From assembly GCA_951406725.2 (NCBI GenBank), contig OX597815.1, positions 118,544,001-118,608,000 on the forward strand: a DNA stretch of 64,000 nucleotides. Reading direction: 5' to 3'. How positions within the stretch are numbered: position 1 is the stretch's first letter; every line of letters begins with the position of its first letter. Origin of the DNA: Octopus vulgaris (Eukaryota). This document shows, in pieces, positions 25,491-39,409 of the stretch. The notes under the pieces were generated by a model. That model was not told the DNA's origin. It saw only the letters and a program-made list of their open reading frames with translations, and ran no database searches. The translations under genes and the position numbers were made by a program.

Positions 25491-26340
25491 TGTTTTTTGT
25501 TACTTTATGCATAGCGTAGGAGCAATGTACGTTTTTTATGACATTTTCCTCTTTTTCGTTTTTTTCTTCTTTTTTTTTGTAACAAACTATGAATGTGTAA
25601 TCTGTTTAATTGGTGTTAATGATTGTGATGTTCCCTTCCTAATTGAAAAGCTTACAACACAAAGACCTAAGAATGTGATTTGTCACGTGACTCTCGGAGT
25701 ATCAGTTGAATGAAACGTCGCCTTTCAGGAAGAAAAGTAACTCAGCAGTACAACAGGATGTATTCCGTAGATATTATCTAAATTGCGTACATTTGAAACT
25801 GACCAACGCACAGGAATAAATAAACAAGTACATAACATAATAGATGATGCAATAGAAGTAATGTAACGCAGAACAGACAATAAAGAAATAATGCCTTATA
25901 TATCTGTTTACTCAGTCGTTGAGAAGTGACGCAGTGAAAATGTGAAGGCCTAGAAGTTCCTAGTTCGAAACTATGATTTGCACAGAAATGAATACTATGT
26001 ATCCATTTTCTCGCATTTTTGATTTTCTTTTAAAGACATCGCAGCTGAGTAGTTTACAAATATGCCAACCGTATATAAATATATTCAAAATCATAATAAA
26101 CGTATTGTATAAATTGCTCAGAAAACTGCAGTATTCGTCACGAGAAAGCTTCTCGTGTTGACGTATAGTTTTAAAAAGCACGAAAGTATATCAGTAGCAA
26201 ACGAAAAGTGCCTCGTCTTGCTAAATCCAGATTTCAGCCTGTCTGAATATTTTCGGTAGCATGTATACACTATAATAAACTATACCACCCAATACTGTTA
26301 ATATGATATTGATTTCATAAAATAACAAAGGATGACATAA
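25318..26340. repeat. Right arm of the ~1.05-kb inverted duplication
   Basis: Reverse complement of 21070-22159. Confidence 0.95.
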
Positions 26341-26753
26341 TGCCGCATAAAGTTTAATTGAATGGAACTTTCTGAAAGTTACGTATAGCTTTTGCTAGTG
26401 GAAGTAAAATTCTTATTTAAAGGTTGATTCTTTGGGACGAATCATGTGATTGTTTAGAAAAGGCTAGAACGACAATGCTAAAACGTATTTGAAACAATGG
26501 ACAACAGTTGAAATATCATAATGGATGGGTAAATAAGCATCCTTAAAGTGAAATAATGCATTAGTAGTTAAACAAAGCTATCAACAAATAGAAGGGAAGG
26601 AAGGGAACAACACCTTTTAAGTAACTCAGAATAGGTAAAGGTAAGCTTGCCAAAGTTTAATGCAGTTTAAATATGGCGATTAAGATTGTTTGGGATTGCA
26701 TATTCATCGTGTACAGTATTCCTAGTCAGTTTAATAACCGTCGCTGGTGGAAA

Positions 26754-27250
26754 GTCGAAATAAATAAATAGACAACATTCTTTCACTGTTATAAAAATAT
26801 TAAAAAAGTGTGGAAAACTCTACATACAAAAAAACTATGTCCATTATAGCGCATGGCCATCCTTGGAACATAAGTATGTACAAAAAACTATGTACATTCA
26901 ACGAATTTGGAAAATCTTTTAAATTAACATAAACACCAAAGAAAATTATCGGACACATCACAAGTGTTGTGCTAAAAATAACAACTAAATAAAAATTTTT
27001 GGATATATCTTTTAAATTAACATGAACATTTATTTACATGAAAACAAAATGACAGCTTCCAAACCCTGTTTCCTGACTGAGTCACCGGGCAGCTGGACAG
27101 TCGAATTAAATAAATAGACAAAACCCTTTCACTCTTATAAAAAGATTTAAAAAAGCATCGAAGGCCTTACATACAAAAAATCTATGTCCATTTACGTCCA
27201 TTTACACGGGGGTTCTGTGCGTGACCATCCTTGGGACATAATTAATGTGT
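26754..27250. repeat. Diverged direct repeat (about 125 bp, about 346 bp apart)
   Basis: gtcgaa(a/t)taaataaatagaca...ctatgtccatt...ccatccttgg at 26754 and 27100. Confidence 0.75.
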
Positions 27251-29299
27251 GTGTAAATTTAGAGAAAATCTCTTTGAGAATTGTGGAAATGTAAGCGTTA
27301 GTCATTATACGCAGACATACTACGATTTATATATAGTAGATTATGGCCTATGAATAATTGATACAAAAGACATAAACGGTCATAAAAGGTACATAAATGA
27401 ATGTGCACACCTGATAAGGTATATATCAATATGGTCTTAATTGTACATAATAGAAGCGGAAACACACACATACACACATTTTTGGACTTGAATGTGTCTG
27501 TGCGCATGTATGTATGAATGTATGTACGTATGTGTGTGTTTATGTTTATATGTGTGTGTTTATGTGTGTGTGTGCGTGTGTATGCATGTATGTATGTGTG
27601 AGTATATGCATACATATATACATATACATACATACATACATACATACATACATACATACATACATACATACATACAAATGCGATTATAATTGCGAGTCAT
27701 TTTTGTGATTTGTTTCTTTACTTCTTTCAAACACAGGAAGTCGATAGAGGTGTGAAAAAGAAATGCGAATGCTTGTTTAGCCCAGCTTGATGCGTTCCTG
27801 GTCAAGGTTAGTTATTTACGTAGATACATGGAAAAATGCGAACGTGATTAATGTAACGTAAGCCCACAGAAGAATTTGAATGGCTCAGTGTTTTCATTGA
27901 GCGTGTTTACGTATTGCATTAGGTGCAGTTATGTGGAAATTGAAATTCTTAATGTAATGAGCAGAAAAGTATTTGAGGCGTCTAGTCGTAAGTGCTACAA
28001 CTTGAAAACCGAGAAAAACGCAGTCAAAGTTTCGCAACTTTCAGAATGCGATATCTCGACAAGGAATGAAGTTAGGAAACTGGTTTTAGTCATAAAATGA
28101 CCGTGAAAACATCCTATAATCATTCCACCAATGTAAAATTATTTATGTATGCATCTGACAGATGAAACAATGACTGCGTCTTTCTCATTTTGTAGAATAT
28201 ACCGGTACCACGAAACGGTATATCGCATTGCATATTTTAACCATAATACCAAGAAAAATCGTACAAAGACCTCGCCCCAGGATATTGTTTGCGTTTAAAT
28301 ATACCAAGGTAAGTATCTTTAAGAGGTAAGTAAGACGAGATAGTAAGATAATAGCCCATTATCGTTACACTGGTAACAAGGAATATTAGAAAATGAGCCA
28401 TAACACCTCGAAAAACGATACAGACACCACACCAAAGTTATTGATTGAGCATGTGTGCTTACGATGGTGTTACTAAACTCTCTGGTCCGGGCTTGGGTGA
28501 GCGAGCGTCGTGTTAATAGCGTCGAGGTACAATTTTTTCAGCCAGATTTTCGACCTTATTGCAAGCCTCGGCGGTTCTTTCTCCCAACTTTTTCGGATTC
28601 TAGATGTCGAGATAAAGAAAATGATATACTAATCTCGAAAACGGCCGGAATGGCACTTACGACGCTCTGTTACTAAACGCCTCATTTAATTCATTGTAAT
28701 TCCCCCTATACAAACAAAACAAAAAATATCCCTAAAAAAATATCTCAAAAAAACGTAAGAACAACTCGGAAATTGATATTTAACAAAAATTTCAACGGAG
28801 ACATGTAATAGGGAATGAATTTAATTGTTTGGTATGGAGCGTGGAGTCCAGTCGTATTTCTGTTTTATTAGACCTTCTCAATGAAGTATAGTGTTACCAA
28901 TACCTCCCAGAGCCTAGATGATTGAAAGAATATGAATATTTTGAGTGAATAAACATTGATAGGTATCGCAATTCCAAAGAATGACAAAGGGATAAATAAG
29001 GATGTCATAAATAAGGGTGTCCTTTTGCATGGAAGCGTATTGTTATTTATTGCAAGGAGGGTCTAATGCAGTGAATCATAAGAAATATTTAATTGATTAA
29101 AAATACAACTATAATATGTACATACATGCATGCATACATGAATACATACATACATACATACACACATACATACATACATACATACATACATACATACATA
29201 CATACATACATACAAATACGCACACACATTCCGTCTTTATTATGATGTCGACGGTGAGATTGCTTGAACTTACTTCAAATTACTTGTCTTTTAGGCACC

Positions 29300-29980
29300 T
29301 TTTCTTCGGTGTTACTTGGATGGCGTTTCTGAGAGAATTCCAGACCAAGAGTGCATCTCTGCGCGGTAAATTTGTAAGGAGGGTATCTTTCAGCAGTCTG
29401 ATGGACTCTGTTGCTTAATCTGTTAGTCGTGTCAAACTTACATCAAACTGATATCCTTACAGTTTCATATAGAGCATCTTCTTTCGCTGAAATCTAAACT
29501 TGCAGCAAACAAGTGAGTGATCCATGTCGCAGTTGGCACTCCAGAAGGATTTAGACACAAGCACATTTCTCAAGTTACAGCGTCTTATACGAGGTCTGAT
29601 AAGTGCTCGTGTTTGAGTGAGGATGTTCCCAAAGTACCAAGTTTTGGGTATTATATGGAAATATTGGTAACACGATTCTTAGCGTATAAAACTCATGCAA
29701 TTTCATATCTTCAATGCTACCAATCACATGCCATCCTAAACAGCTTGACCAGAAGTTGGAGTTGGCACCCATCTTGGCATTCAAGTCACCAAACGGCAGC
29801 AGCTGTTCCTGGTTCAGGGTCTCCTTGATTGCCCATCAGATCTAATCTTGAATTCAGCTTTTGTATCTTGTGTAGCATAGAGGCTTGCAACATAGACTCT
29901 GACAAGCTTGAACCTACTGGCTGCAAGGAGTCAAGGGATAAAACTTGCTCAATTTCGCCATCGCTAGATACCCCTTTCCT
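29300..29980 (-). pseudogene. RTE (BovB-like) LINE AP-endonuclease remnant
   Basis: QEQLLPFGDLNAKMG..WSSCLGWHVIG..WEHPHS; heavily decayed. Confidence 0.7.
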
Positions 29981-30372
29981 TTATTGCACATAGATAGCAT
30001 AAAAGGAATGTATTTAATTCTAATAATTTACTTTCACTGCTACACTTTCTAATTTTGAAGTTACTTTCAATCCTTCATATACACGCTGTACTACTCATAA
30101 AATATTTATTGTTTATTAAACGTAACATCGAAAGTTCAAGACGCAAATTACTGTATTTACCGACGTATAAGACGTGCTCATTTTATTTTTAAATATATCC
30201 AAAAATTGCTTTGCATCTAAAGCGGCCGAATTACGGTTGAAAGATCGATTGCCAAGGCAAGGGAACCGGATATGCATAAGTACCTCTGCACAATAATTAC
30301 TGTTAATGATTAAGTATTGGAAAGAAATTATAATCAATGAAAATATCGTTAATATCTTCTCATTTAACTTTC

Positions 30373-30745
30373 TCAGGTGTTGCCACCTGGTAAGTAGTTT
30401 AATTCTCAATCACATAATTTCGGGTTCAGTTCCACAGCGTTGGCACCTTGAGCAAGTGTCTTCTATTATAACCACGGGCCAACCAAAGCCTAATGAATGG
30501 ATTTGGTAGACAGAAACTGAAAGAAGACCATCTTGTGTGTGTGTGCGTGTGTGTGTGTGTGTCTTTGTCTCCCACAGCCGCTTGGCAACCGGTGTTAGTG
30601 TGCTTACGTCCCTGTAATTTAGCGGTACGGTACAATAAACTGATAGAATAAGTAAGAGACTTTACGATTCGCTCGACTAAAATTCTTCAAGGAGATGTCC
30701 CAGCATGGCCGCAGTCTAATGACTGAAAGAAGTCAAAGATGTAAG
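30373..30745 (+). mobile_element. SINE family A, older copy
   Basis: Diverged but colinear with the consensus. Confidence 0.8.
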
Positions 30746-31587
30746 AAATATCTTGTCATTTAACTTTCTCTAGAATTCAAGATTCAATACTATTGACTCA
30801 ATGGTATATTCTTTTTAGGCATTCATTACAATATGTGATACTTGCCAAGATATCACAGTAATGTTTAAAAACGTGAGGAGACTATATAGTAAAGAGGCTA
30901 TATATGTAAATTGGTGTAATTTCCTTCAATGAACAGACAAAGTAGCCTTTTCCAACATGTAATATAGATTAAAGTATGTGAAATGTAAAAGCTAATTTTA
31001 TACAAATCAGCATTTAATTGAAATGACGATTGTGTGTGTAAGTATTTTTTTTTTTTAATACTAAAGAAAAGAAACGTCCATTGCGTTTGGAGCACATGAA
31101 TGAGCTGTTTGAAGAGGAATTAAACCGAGTAAACCGAAACAGGGTTAATTTCAAAGACTTCCTGAAGAGCAAGTTTGCTTAGTCATTCAAGTCAATTTGA
31201 AAAGAAATTCTCTTGGAAGAGTCATTGATGACTTTTCAATAAAGAACCACTACCAAAAGACTAATTATAGTAACTGCAGCAAATGTTACAACAGGCGGAA
31301 GTTAGAACAAAAGCGTAGGTATTATCTATAGAAGACATTATGATGAACCTTGCTTATAAATAAACCCACCGACAGAGAAGAGAATTAATGGATACACTTA
31401 CAACATATAACGCAATGTAAAAGTTTGAGAAAAACATTGTAAATTCATTAATATTTTTCTTTTCTTTTTTTTTAGAAACAATTTAATTATATTTCATCTG
31501 AGTACGATTTAATTATATTAAATCTGAGTACGACTGTAGCAGCAGCAACACGTTAACAACACTGACGACAATAACAATAATAATAAT

Positions 31588-31868
31588 CCTTTCTACTACA
31601 GGCAAAAGGCCTGAAATTTTGAGAAAAGAGGTAAGTCGGCTACGTCGACCCCAGTGCGTAACTGGTAATTATTTAGTGAGCCCCGAAAGGATAAAAGGCA
31701 AAGTCGACCTCGATGGAATTTGAACTCAGAACGCAGCGACGGGTGGAATGCCGATAAGCATTTTCGTCCAGAGTGTTAATGGTTATCCCAGCTCACCGCT
31801 TTAATAAAAAGTAATAATAATGATAATGATAATGATGATGATGATGATGATGATGATGATAATAATGA

Positions 31869-31899
<31 letters not shown>

Positions 31900-32150
31900 A
31901 AGAAGAAGAAGAAGAAGAAGAAGAAGAAGAAGAAGAAGAAGAATTGTTGTTGTTGTTATTGTTATCATTATTTTCGACAAAAGCACAGGGCCTGAAATTT
32001 GGTGAGAGGGGACTAGTAGATTACATCGACCCCAGTTTCACTGGTACTTGACTTATCCTTCTCGAAAGGATGAAAAGCAAAATCGACCTCGGTAGAATTT
32101 GAACTCAGAACGTAGCGACGGGCGAATCACCGCTAAGCATTTCGTCCAGG
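31588..32150 (-). mobile_element. Two SINE family B copies separated by (ATG)n(AAG)n
   Basis: About 31588-31800 and 31980-32150, both with gtcgacctcg/atcgacctcg...gaatttgaactcagaacg. Confidence 0.8.
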
Positions 32151-32779
32151 GTACCTGGTGTGATGAAATCGGTATCTGTGTGGTTGTATACGTGTACCAT
32201 TAATTCTTTATTGCTTGTGCTTATTGTTGTGTAGTTGATGATTGTGTGTTGCTAGTGTTGGGTGTGTGCCGGCAGCGAGTTGTGTGTGTGAACTGAGTTG
32301 TACTTGTGGTGATGTTGACGGCGCTGATGGGGATGCTGTTGTTGACGGTGCTGGTGTGGTTGGTAATGGGGAAAGTGTCTGTGAGTTTGATTTGTTATGT
32401 GCCTGCTCACTGTCATCATACCTGCCAGATTTTTGTGTTTTAGTTGGTGTATTTTTGCTCCTTTTTCTTTTAGATCTGGCGACTTGTTGCCATTTAGGCT
32501 CTTTTTCCTCCTACTCTGCGCAGGACATGTCTGAGTGTTCGGAAGAGGGTAGAGGCAAATCTTGTGGGGCATTTTGGTTATGCTTTGTTGCTAAGGTTAT
32601 TGTTGTTTTGAGGAGTACTGCTGCTGTTGTTTTTGTTGCTCTTTGGTGTTGGTGAATTCTTTATTTTATTTGCTGCTGTTGCTTCCACTGTTGTTGTTGT
32701 TGTTGCTGTTGCTGCTGCTGTGACTGGTGTTGCTGCTACTGTTGCTGTTGCTTTTGTTGCTGTAACTGCAGTAGTGCAA

Positions 32780-33600
32780 TTTTCTTTTCCTTTTGATTAT
32801 CTTGGGCAGAAAGCCTTTAAGTGATTCGTTTGGCCACAAATGTGACATCTGAGCTTTCTGTCCTCTGCCGCTACAAATAATTTTGAACCTCCAGGGAGCT
32901 CGATGATATCTGGGATCTCTTGTGCGGTATGGAAATCTGCATGCAATAAGATTTCCGTCACAGTACCGTACCAATTTTCTTTTTTGTCTTTCCTTGTTTC
33001 AAGACACATCTCTCTACATTTCTCTTCTATGCCGTACAATACGGTCGCTGTACCGAGGTACGTAGGAAACATATGTAATTCTTCGGTCTTCAGGGTCTTT
33101 TTGGCCAGTTGTTCACTTGTGAATCCCACATCGGATCTTTTCGCTTTGACTGGCAGATTTTTTTAATAATTTCTTTGTAACTAAACACTTTTAAACTTCG
33201 TATACTGGTAGAATGTGTTTATAAAACATCTTTTTCTCTTGGATTTCTTGAGAAAATTCTGTAGTTTGTAAGCTATTTGTTCTTTAATTTCTTGCATTTC
33301 GGCAATTTCAACCAATCAATGACGTCTATTGAGGTGAATTCAATATCTCCGGATTCTACCAGTATACGAAGTTTAAAAGTGTTTAGTTACAAAGAAATTA
33401 TTTTAAAAATCTGCCGGTCAAAGCGAAAAGATCCTCCACATCTACTGTACCAAAGCTTTTACCACGTGTGACGTAAGACTTTTGGTTCCATACAGGTCTC
33501 AGGCATTTTCGAACTGAGCCTGCGTGACTCGTTCCATCTTGTGCTTTTCAATGATATACATCTGTATATAATGGTGCTCCTCCGTGTCTCTTCCTGCACC
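32780..33600 (-). pseudogene. L1/Tx1-like LINE ORF1 remnant with CCHC zinc knuckle, interrupted by a MITE
   Basis: CHICGQTNHLKAFC (CX2CX4HX4C); the frame breaks exactly at the MITE. Confidence 0.7.
33133..33434. mobile_element. Merlin-like MITE (about 83-bp TIRs starting GG, 8-bp TSD)
   Basis: TIRs ggatcttttcgctttgac...ggtagaat / attctacc...gtcaaagcgaaaagatcc; TSD cccacatc / tccacatc. Confidence 0.85.
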
Positions 33601-34480
33601 TCCTCTGGTGTGTTCAAGTGAACTGTCCTGCCGATTCTAGGTAGCTCTAACCAAGGCAGTTTCTGAGAATTGCACCTCTTCCGTCGTGCGGCACATTTCG
33701 GCAAATCTACTTTGTGTTTGTTAAGAAGAAGCAACCGACGTTGTTGCTTTGAAAATTTTTTCTTTTTCTTTGTTTGACGTGGTAGTGGCGGCGGTGGCGA
33801 AATCTGCAGGTGTTTCGCGTGAAAGAATTCTTTTCTTTATTTGTCATTACTTTCTTCCTTATTTTTGTTACTCTGGTTGGTCCTCGTGATGGCAGTGATG
33901 GTAGCGGTGTTAGTGATCGTCTCCGCTCCCTCCTTCATGCTTCAGTCGGTGTTCATGGTATTGTTGTTGTTAGCGGTGGTGGTGGTGCTGCTGTTGCTGT
34001 TCACATTGTTGTTGCTGCTGTCGTCGTGGTCGTCGTGGTCGTCATAATCGTTGTTGTTGGTACTTTTGTACTTGTTACTGTCGTAGCAAAAGGAGGAAAT
34101 TATATTTCCCTTTGGCGAGAAATTAATTTCACCTTCGCCTGCGTTTCTGTTAGGAGTTTAAAGTAAGTCAACAGAACACTGCTCTTGGTCGATTATTATA
34201 ATTTTTTCATGATCCGATATATTTTAGAGTTGGAAGAAAAAAATGAATAAAATCCTGTTTTCACAAAAATGCGAAAATGCAAAACAATTAATTACACCCT
34301 CAAAACGGGGGAGAAATTACTCAAAATGTTACCACCACGATCAAGACAATTCAAGCAAAATATTTGTTAAATGAAATTTTGAATGAACGGGCTACAACCA
34401 GTCGAAACGATTGCTTAAACACTTACAAATCACGGAACTACAACTTTGTATGACTTCACAGGCTGATAATAATAAAAAAT

Positions 34481-35006
34481 GCCCTTATGCAGTACCACGA
34501 GTGGCTCTCATAGCTTCTGATCTTAAATGACTGGAAGTGTTATCATGTGCATTGTTTTGCTTTGATAAAAAAGATGGGCTACATCAAATATTCTACTCAA
34601 TACCACAGATTTGCATGTCAGTTGCTTGACCAGTTGAGCATGTACCTTAGTGGCTGACGATATGTGCATCTCTGATCACGAGCAGAAGTAGTGGAGGAGC
34701 ATCATAGCCATGTGTTGAGAGGGATTTTTGGGTGTTTGAATAATTCACCTCTGGAAACATGGGGATGTTTCGTTCAACATCCTTAAACAACCCTTATTCA
34801 GGGACCTTTTGAGCGGGATGGGCTACTCGACCAGAAGAAAATTCTAACGGGGATCCTCTTGCAAGGTCATGTGCTGTTTATCTTGATATGAGATCACCAT
34901 GTCGCGCACATATGGTTGTGATGCATGTGCCTAGTGTACCCTTATCAGACGAGTAGTCATGATGGGTATAATGGGCTTCGTATATTTTACCCCAGTGTCA
35001 CTTTGA
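34481..35006 (+). mobile_element. Non-coding retroposon family D, 3' end lost
   Basis: High identity to 41957-42431; preceded by aataataa. Confidence 0.75.
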
Positions 35007-35009
35007 ACA

Positions 35010-35410
35010 GATCAGAGCACTCTCGAAGCCAGCTTTGGTCCCAGCCCTCTCCATGATGTATCATATAAGGTGGAGGTTGTCGTGGATTGACCTGTTCGGG
35101 ATTGCACACGTTTGCGCTTCCCCGATCAGACTTCCAGCGACAAGCGCCAATCTTTTCGCTAACACCTTGACCAAAATCTTAAACTGTGTGTCTAGCAGGG
35201 TTATGAGCCGAAAATTCCCTAGTACACCCCCATTGTCGGCGTCCTTCTTCAACAGTATTACCACATCCCGGCAAACAGCATTAGGAATTTTCCTGTTCCG
35301 TTGCCCGTTGCGGTAGACGTCTGCCAAGAGGTCACGAAGCAAACCTGGCATGAACACATAGAATTCATCCAAACCGAGTGATTTGCAACTTGTCCATTCG
35401 CTCATTACTT
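35010..35410 (-). pseudogene. L1/Tx1-clade RT fragment
   Basis: VVILLKK..NFRLITLLDTQFKILVKVLAKRL..LIGEAQTCAIPNRSIHDNLHLI. Confidence 0.85.
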
Positions 35411-37288
35411 CCGGAATTTCAACGATTATTAATGGCTTTTCACATATTAATTTCAGTTATTTGGTACAAGTTAAAGGTCGTATGGAGATATACGCAGCTA
35501 GTTATTTGAGAAACAGAGGTGTGGCTAAATTCTATTGTGTAAAGACTTAATAAAGAAAATCTAGCTTACACAAATAAATACAAGTAAAATGAACAAGGAG
35601 TGTGTGTGTGTGCGCGCGCGCGCGCGTGTGTGTGTATGTCTGTGTGTGTGAGTGTGTGTGTGTACGTGTGTGTGTGTATGTGTGTGTGCATATGTATGTA
35701 TGTAAATATGAAATACATTATCACAAAATAGGACAATCAGCCTAAACATGGGTGAGAATTGCAACTTAGGTGAGATCGAGATACTTCACGTCTTCAAACA
35801 CCATCTGCTCCTGCCACGGGAAATTGGTGCTTCCGTAGATATTCGTAATCGTGTTAAAGTCTGCGCGAATACTCCACGTACTCTTAGCTGAAGTAAATTG
35901 CAAATCTGATTTCGACTAATAACCTAGCATTGGAAGATTCCACAAAATTATTTGACCATATTCTTTAATTAGCACAATGATCTCTTCTTTTTCTCTCGAG
36001 CTGTATCGTAAACCCACTGGATTTTTTAATGTTGATTCAGAGTAAATATCAAGCACACTGCGATACGCTCGTGTCCCTGTCGATAGAACATATACTGAAC
36101 CACACATACATCAGTCAGGGATTCCTCAAACTCCTCCTTTGACGACATATATTGACCTCTTCCATTCATCCAGAAGCATGTCTCTCATCACACATGTCTT
36201 TTTCGACAAATTTCTATGTCATTTTTTCCAAAAACCGATCTATATCCGGCGCTTGTAACTTTCTTACAATAGTGGCAAGCAAAAAATTGTTAAAATTTTG
36301 TCTATCGACACATACGTATTGCAGTTTGAGTCTGTGTTGACAAAAGTGCATTTTTTGTGACATTGTCACTCTTCCTGTGTATTTTTTAAAGTGTTAGAAT
36401 CTGTGCTTCTAACTATATTTGGTTGTTTAATTGCTATACTTTTTTTCTGTTTGTCCTATTTTAACATTTATTTTATTTTAAAAATACTGTTTCGAAATTC
36501 TTAGGAGCATATCTGTTGCTACCATATTTGTGGTCAGACTCTCTTAATGCTGTCGCAGAAGAAAGTATCGGCGAAATCATGCCGAATCACTGTATCTGGT
36601 AGTCTACTGGCGTCACGTGGAGTTCGGTTCGACATATTTTTACCACAAAGTCTGAAGCGGGAAATCTTTTCTTCGAGACAAAATGCCGTAGTGAATGCAT
36701 TCACGTTTTGGTGCAGCGGACTGTGTTCAAAATAAGTCTATACATCCTTAGTTTGAGACTCGATGCTTCATGTGTATCACTAAAATCATTCCAGCATTTT
36801 ACGCCTCGGTACACAGCAGCAAATGTATTATCTACTGTTAAACAGAAGTTCCTGTTTAGCTCTAAACGACTTAAGTGGCATCTGCAACTGAAGAGGCGAA
36901 ATCATACCAAAGAACGGTGTTTGGAAGTCCGCTGACATTGTTCGGAATTTGGCTCAATGAGTTTTTACGTACAACGTTTATATACAGAAACAATTTTTCT
37001 CAGAAACAAAATCCGAGAAAGAGACGAGTTGTGGAAAGATGTGCCTGACAAAAATCAACCACCCCTGCACACTATCAAGGAATCTTTGACGATGCTACAG
37101 CCTCAGCGCGTCTGAACATCAGCATTCTCGATACATTGAGTTTTCCAATCAGAGGATATCGACAGCAGATGGTAAGGTTTGCTTTTACTCCCTCAGAGGT
37201 CGATAAAATAATATACCAGTCAAGTACCGAGGTAGTTATAATAGACCAGCCTATAATAATCGTAGTCTCATTATTATTATTATTATTA

Positions 37289-37352
<64 letters not shown>

Positions 37353-37357
37353 CATTA

Positions 37358-38654
37358 TTGTCTTTGCATAGCTTCTAACGCTGGAGATGTACTACAGTGC
37401 CAGCTGTTCACTGCCAGTAAACAAGGTAACACCTCCTTTTTCGAGTACCTTCCGAAGTATTCGAGCGGTTCAAAGCAGTGCTGTTTTCTGCAAGTGCTCC
37501 ACCCTTACTGCAGCCCCTATTTGTTCTACGTACTTCTCGCGACTTTTGCTCACTGTTCCCAGAGATCCGACAATTATTGGCACTACTGCTACCTTTTTCA
37601 TCGACCACAACTGCTTAACCTCTCAAGCTAACCTGTCATATCTCTCGACTTTTCTTTCTTCCTTATCGCATACCTTGTTGTCAGCTGGGCATGCTATATC
37701 TATGATCTAGCATAGTTTGTTTTCTTTCTTAATTAAAACTATGTCCGGCTTCCTATTCTTATTCTCATGGTCGCACTGAATCATAAAATCCCATAGGATC
37801 TTTGCATTTCTATTTTCGACAATGCCTTCAGGTTTGTGGTCGTATCAATTTTTTGCTTTGTCAAGTCCATATTTATTGCAGAGTGTCCAATGGACAAGCC
37901 TTGTTATATTGTCGTGGCGTCTCTTATATTCTTTCTGGGCTAGTGACGTACATTGGCTGGTAATATGCCATACGGTTTCACCGTTTTATCCACAGATTCT
38001 GCACTTATCACTTTCTGCTGTGTTGTCTAATCTGTATTTTATGTAGTTTATTTTTAGTGCTTGCCCTTGGGCAGCACAGATTAGAGCCTCCGTTTCCAGT
38101 TTTAAATAACTTTTAGTCATCCACGGCCATCTTTTTTCTCTGTCTGTCTTATCTTCAACATCCCTATGAAATTGACCAAGCATTCTTTTCTTAACCCTCC
38201 TATTTTCAGTTTCATTCGTTTTCAATCTTTCATCCTACACAAACCTGACCTTCCTACTTCTAATAATAGCGGTTCTGTGGCCTTTTTTTACATACCATAC
38301 TTGCAACCCTTCTGCTCATGTGGCAGGAGTCCATTTTTTCCAGATGTTCGTACATTGACTCCGCGAGTATTCCAGTCAATAACTTCCAAATAAGTGGCAA
38401 ACAGGATATCGGCCTGTAATTGTCTACCGTATTACCTTTTTCGATGTTTTTTATGTACAGCACTGTCCTACCTAATGTCAACCCCTCTGGTGTTACTGAG
38501 TCGTGCATGACATTCACCAAATCTTTTGATCCAGTAGCCTTGAACTCCATCTGGTCCAGGGGCCTTCCAGTTGCAGATTTTTTGCTGATTTCCTTCACTT
38601 CCCTAACTGTAATGACTAGTTCTGCTTGTTTTGGACAGACTACTGTTTGTTTCA

Positions 38655-38655
<1 letters not shown>
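37358..38655 (-). mobile_element. R4/Dong-like non-LTR element (internally deleted RT, CCHC, restriction-like endonuclease) between (TAA)n tracts
   Basis: NYRPISCLPLIWKLLTGI; ETEALICAAQGQAL..CRICG..HITSQC..RHD; ILWDF..KPDIVL..IIDIACP; VPIIVGSLG; (TTA)n on both sides. Confidence 0.85.
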
Positions 38656-38723
<68 letters not shown>

Positions 38724-39218
38724 ATTATTATTCAAAGTTTGATAGTTTCAGGCAGATTTCTACTGCATCATCTGCTGCACCTCCGTGTTGCTGAAGTGTG
38801 TGACGTATTGTGTATTCACTTTTGTTATTGGGGGGAGTGCGAACTCTTCCCGGTATTGTATTGCATCAGTTTGTTTTGTAATAGTATTGGCGTTTGTATT
38901 TTTTGTGGTGTGTGAGTAATGCAAGTTGTATTCTTCTGTTGGATATCTGGCCTGTAGAGTACATGTTGTGGTGGCTCTGTATTTACTGTATAGCGTGTGC
39001 CTTCTGTTTGTGGATTGCTTTGTTTGGATTGTGTTATTGATTTGATAATGAGTAGGATGTAAGCTGTTCGTAGCAGGGCTTTTTTATAGTGTGTAGTGTT
39101 GAGGGTCCAGGTACAGTTTCTACGTTTATGTTCAAACGTTTTTTTATATCATACCCAATACTCCAATTATTACTGGTATTGTTTTCACCTTCATCCCCTT
39201 CTTCTTCTTCTTCTTCTT

Positions 39219-39289
<71 letters not shown>

Positions 39290-39296
39290 CATCATT

Positions 39297-39376
<80 letters not shown>

Positions 39377-39409
39377 ACAGTAGTCCGATTTTTTTAATGC
39401 TTTCATTAC

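Noticed and set aside
32780-35410. L1/Tx1 ORF1 and RT fragments as one element
   Set aside because: On the minus strand the RT fragment precedes ORF1, which is the wrong order; treated as separate remnants.
35760-37130. Complex-looking non-microsatellite sequence
   Set aside because: No recognisable ORF, motif or convincing splice pair; possibly an old transposon, but unsupported.
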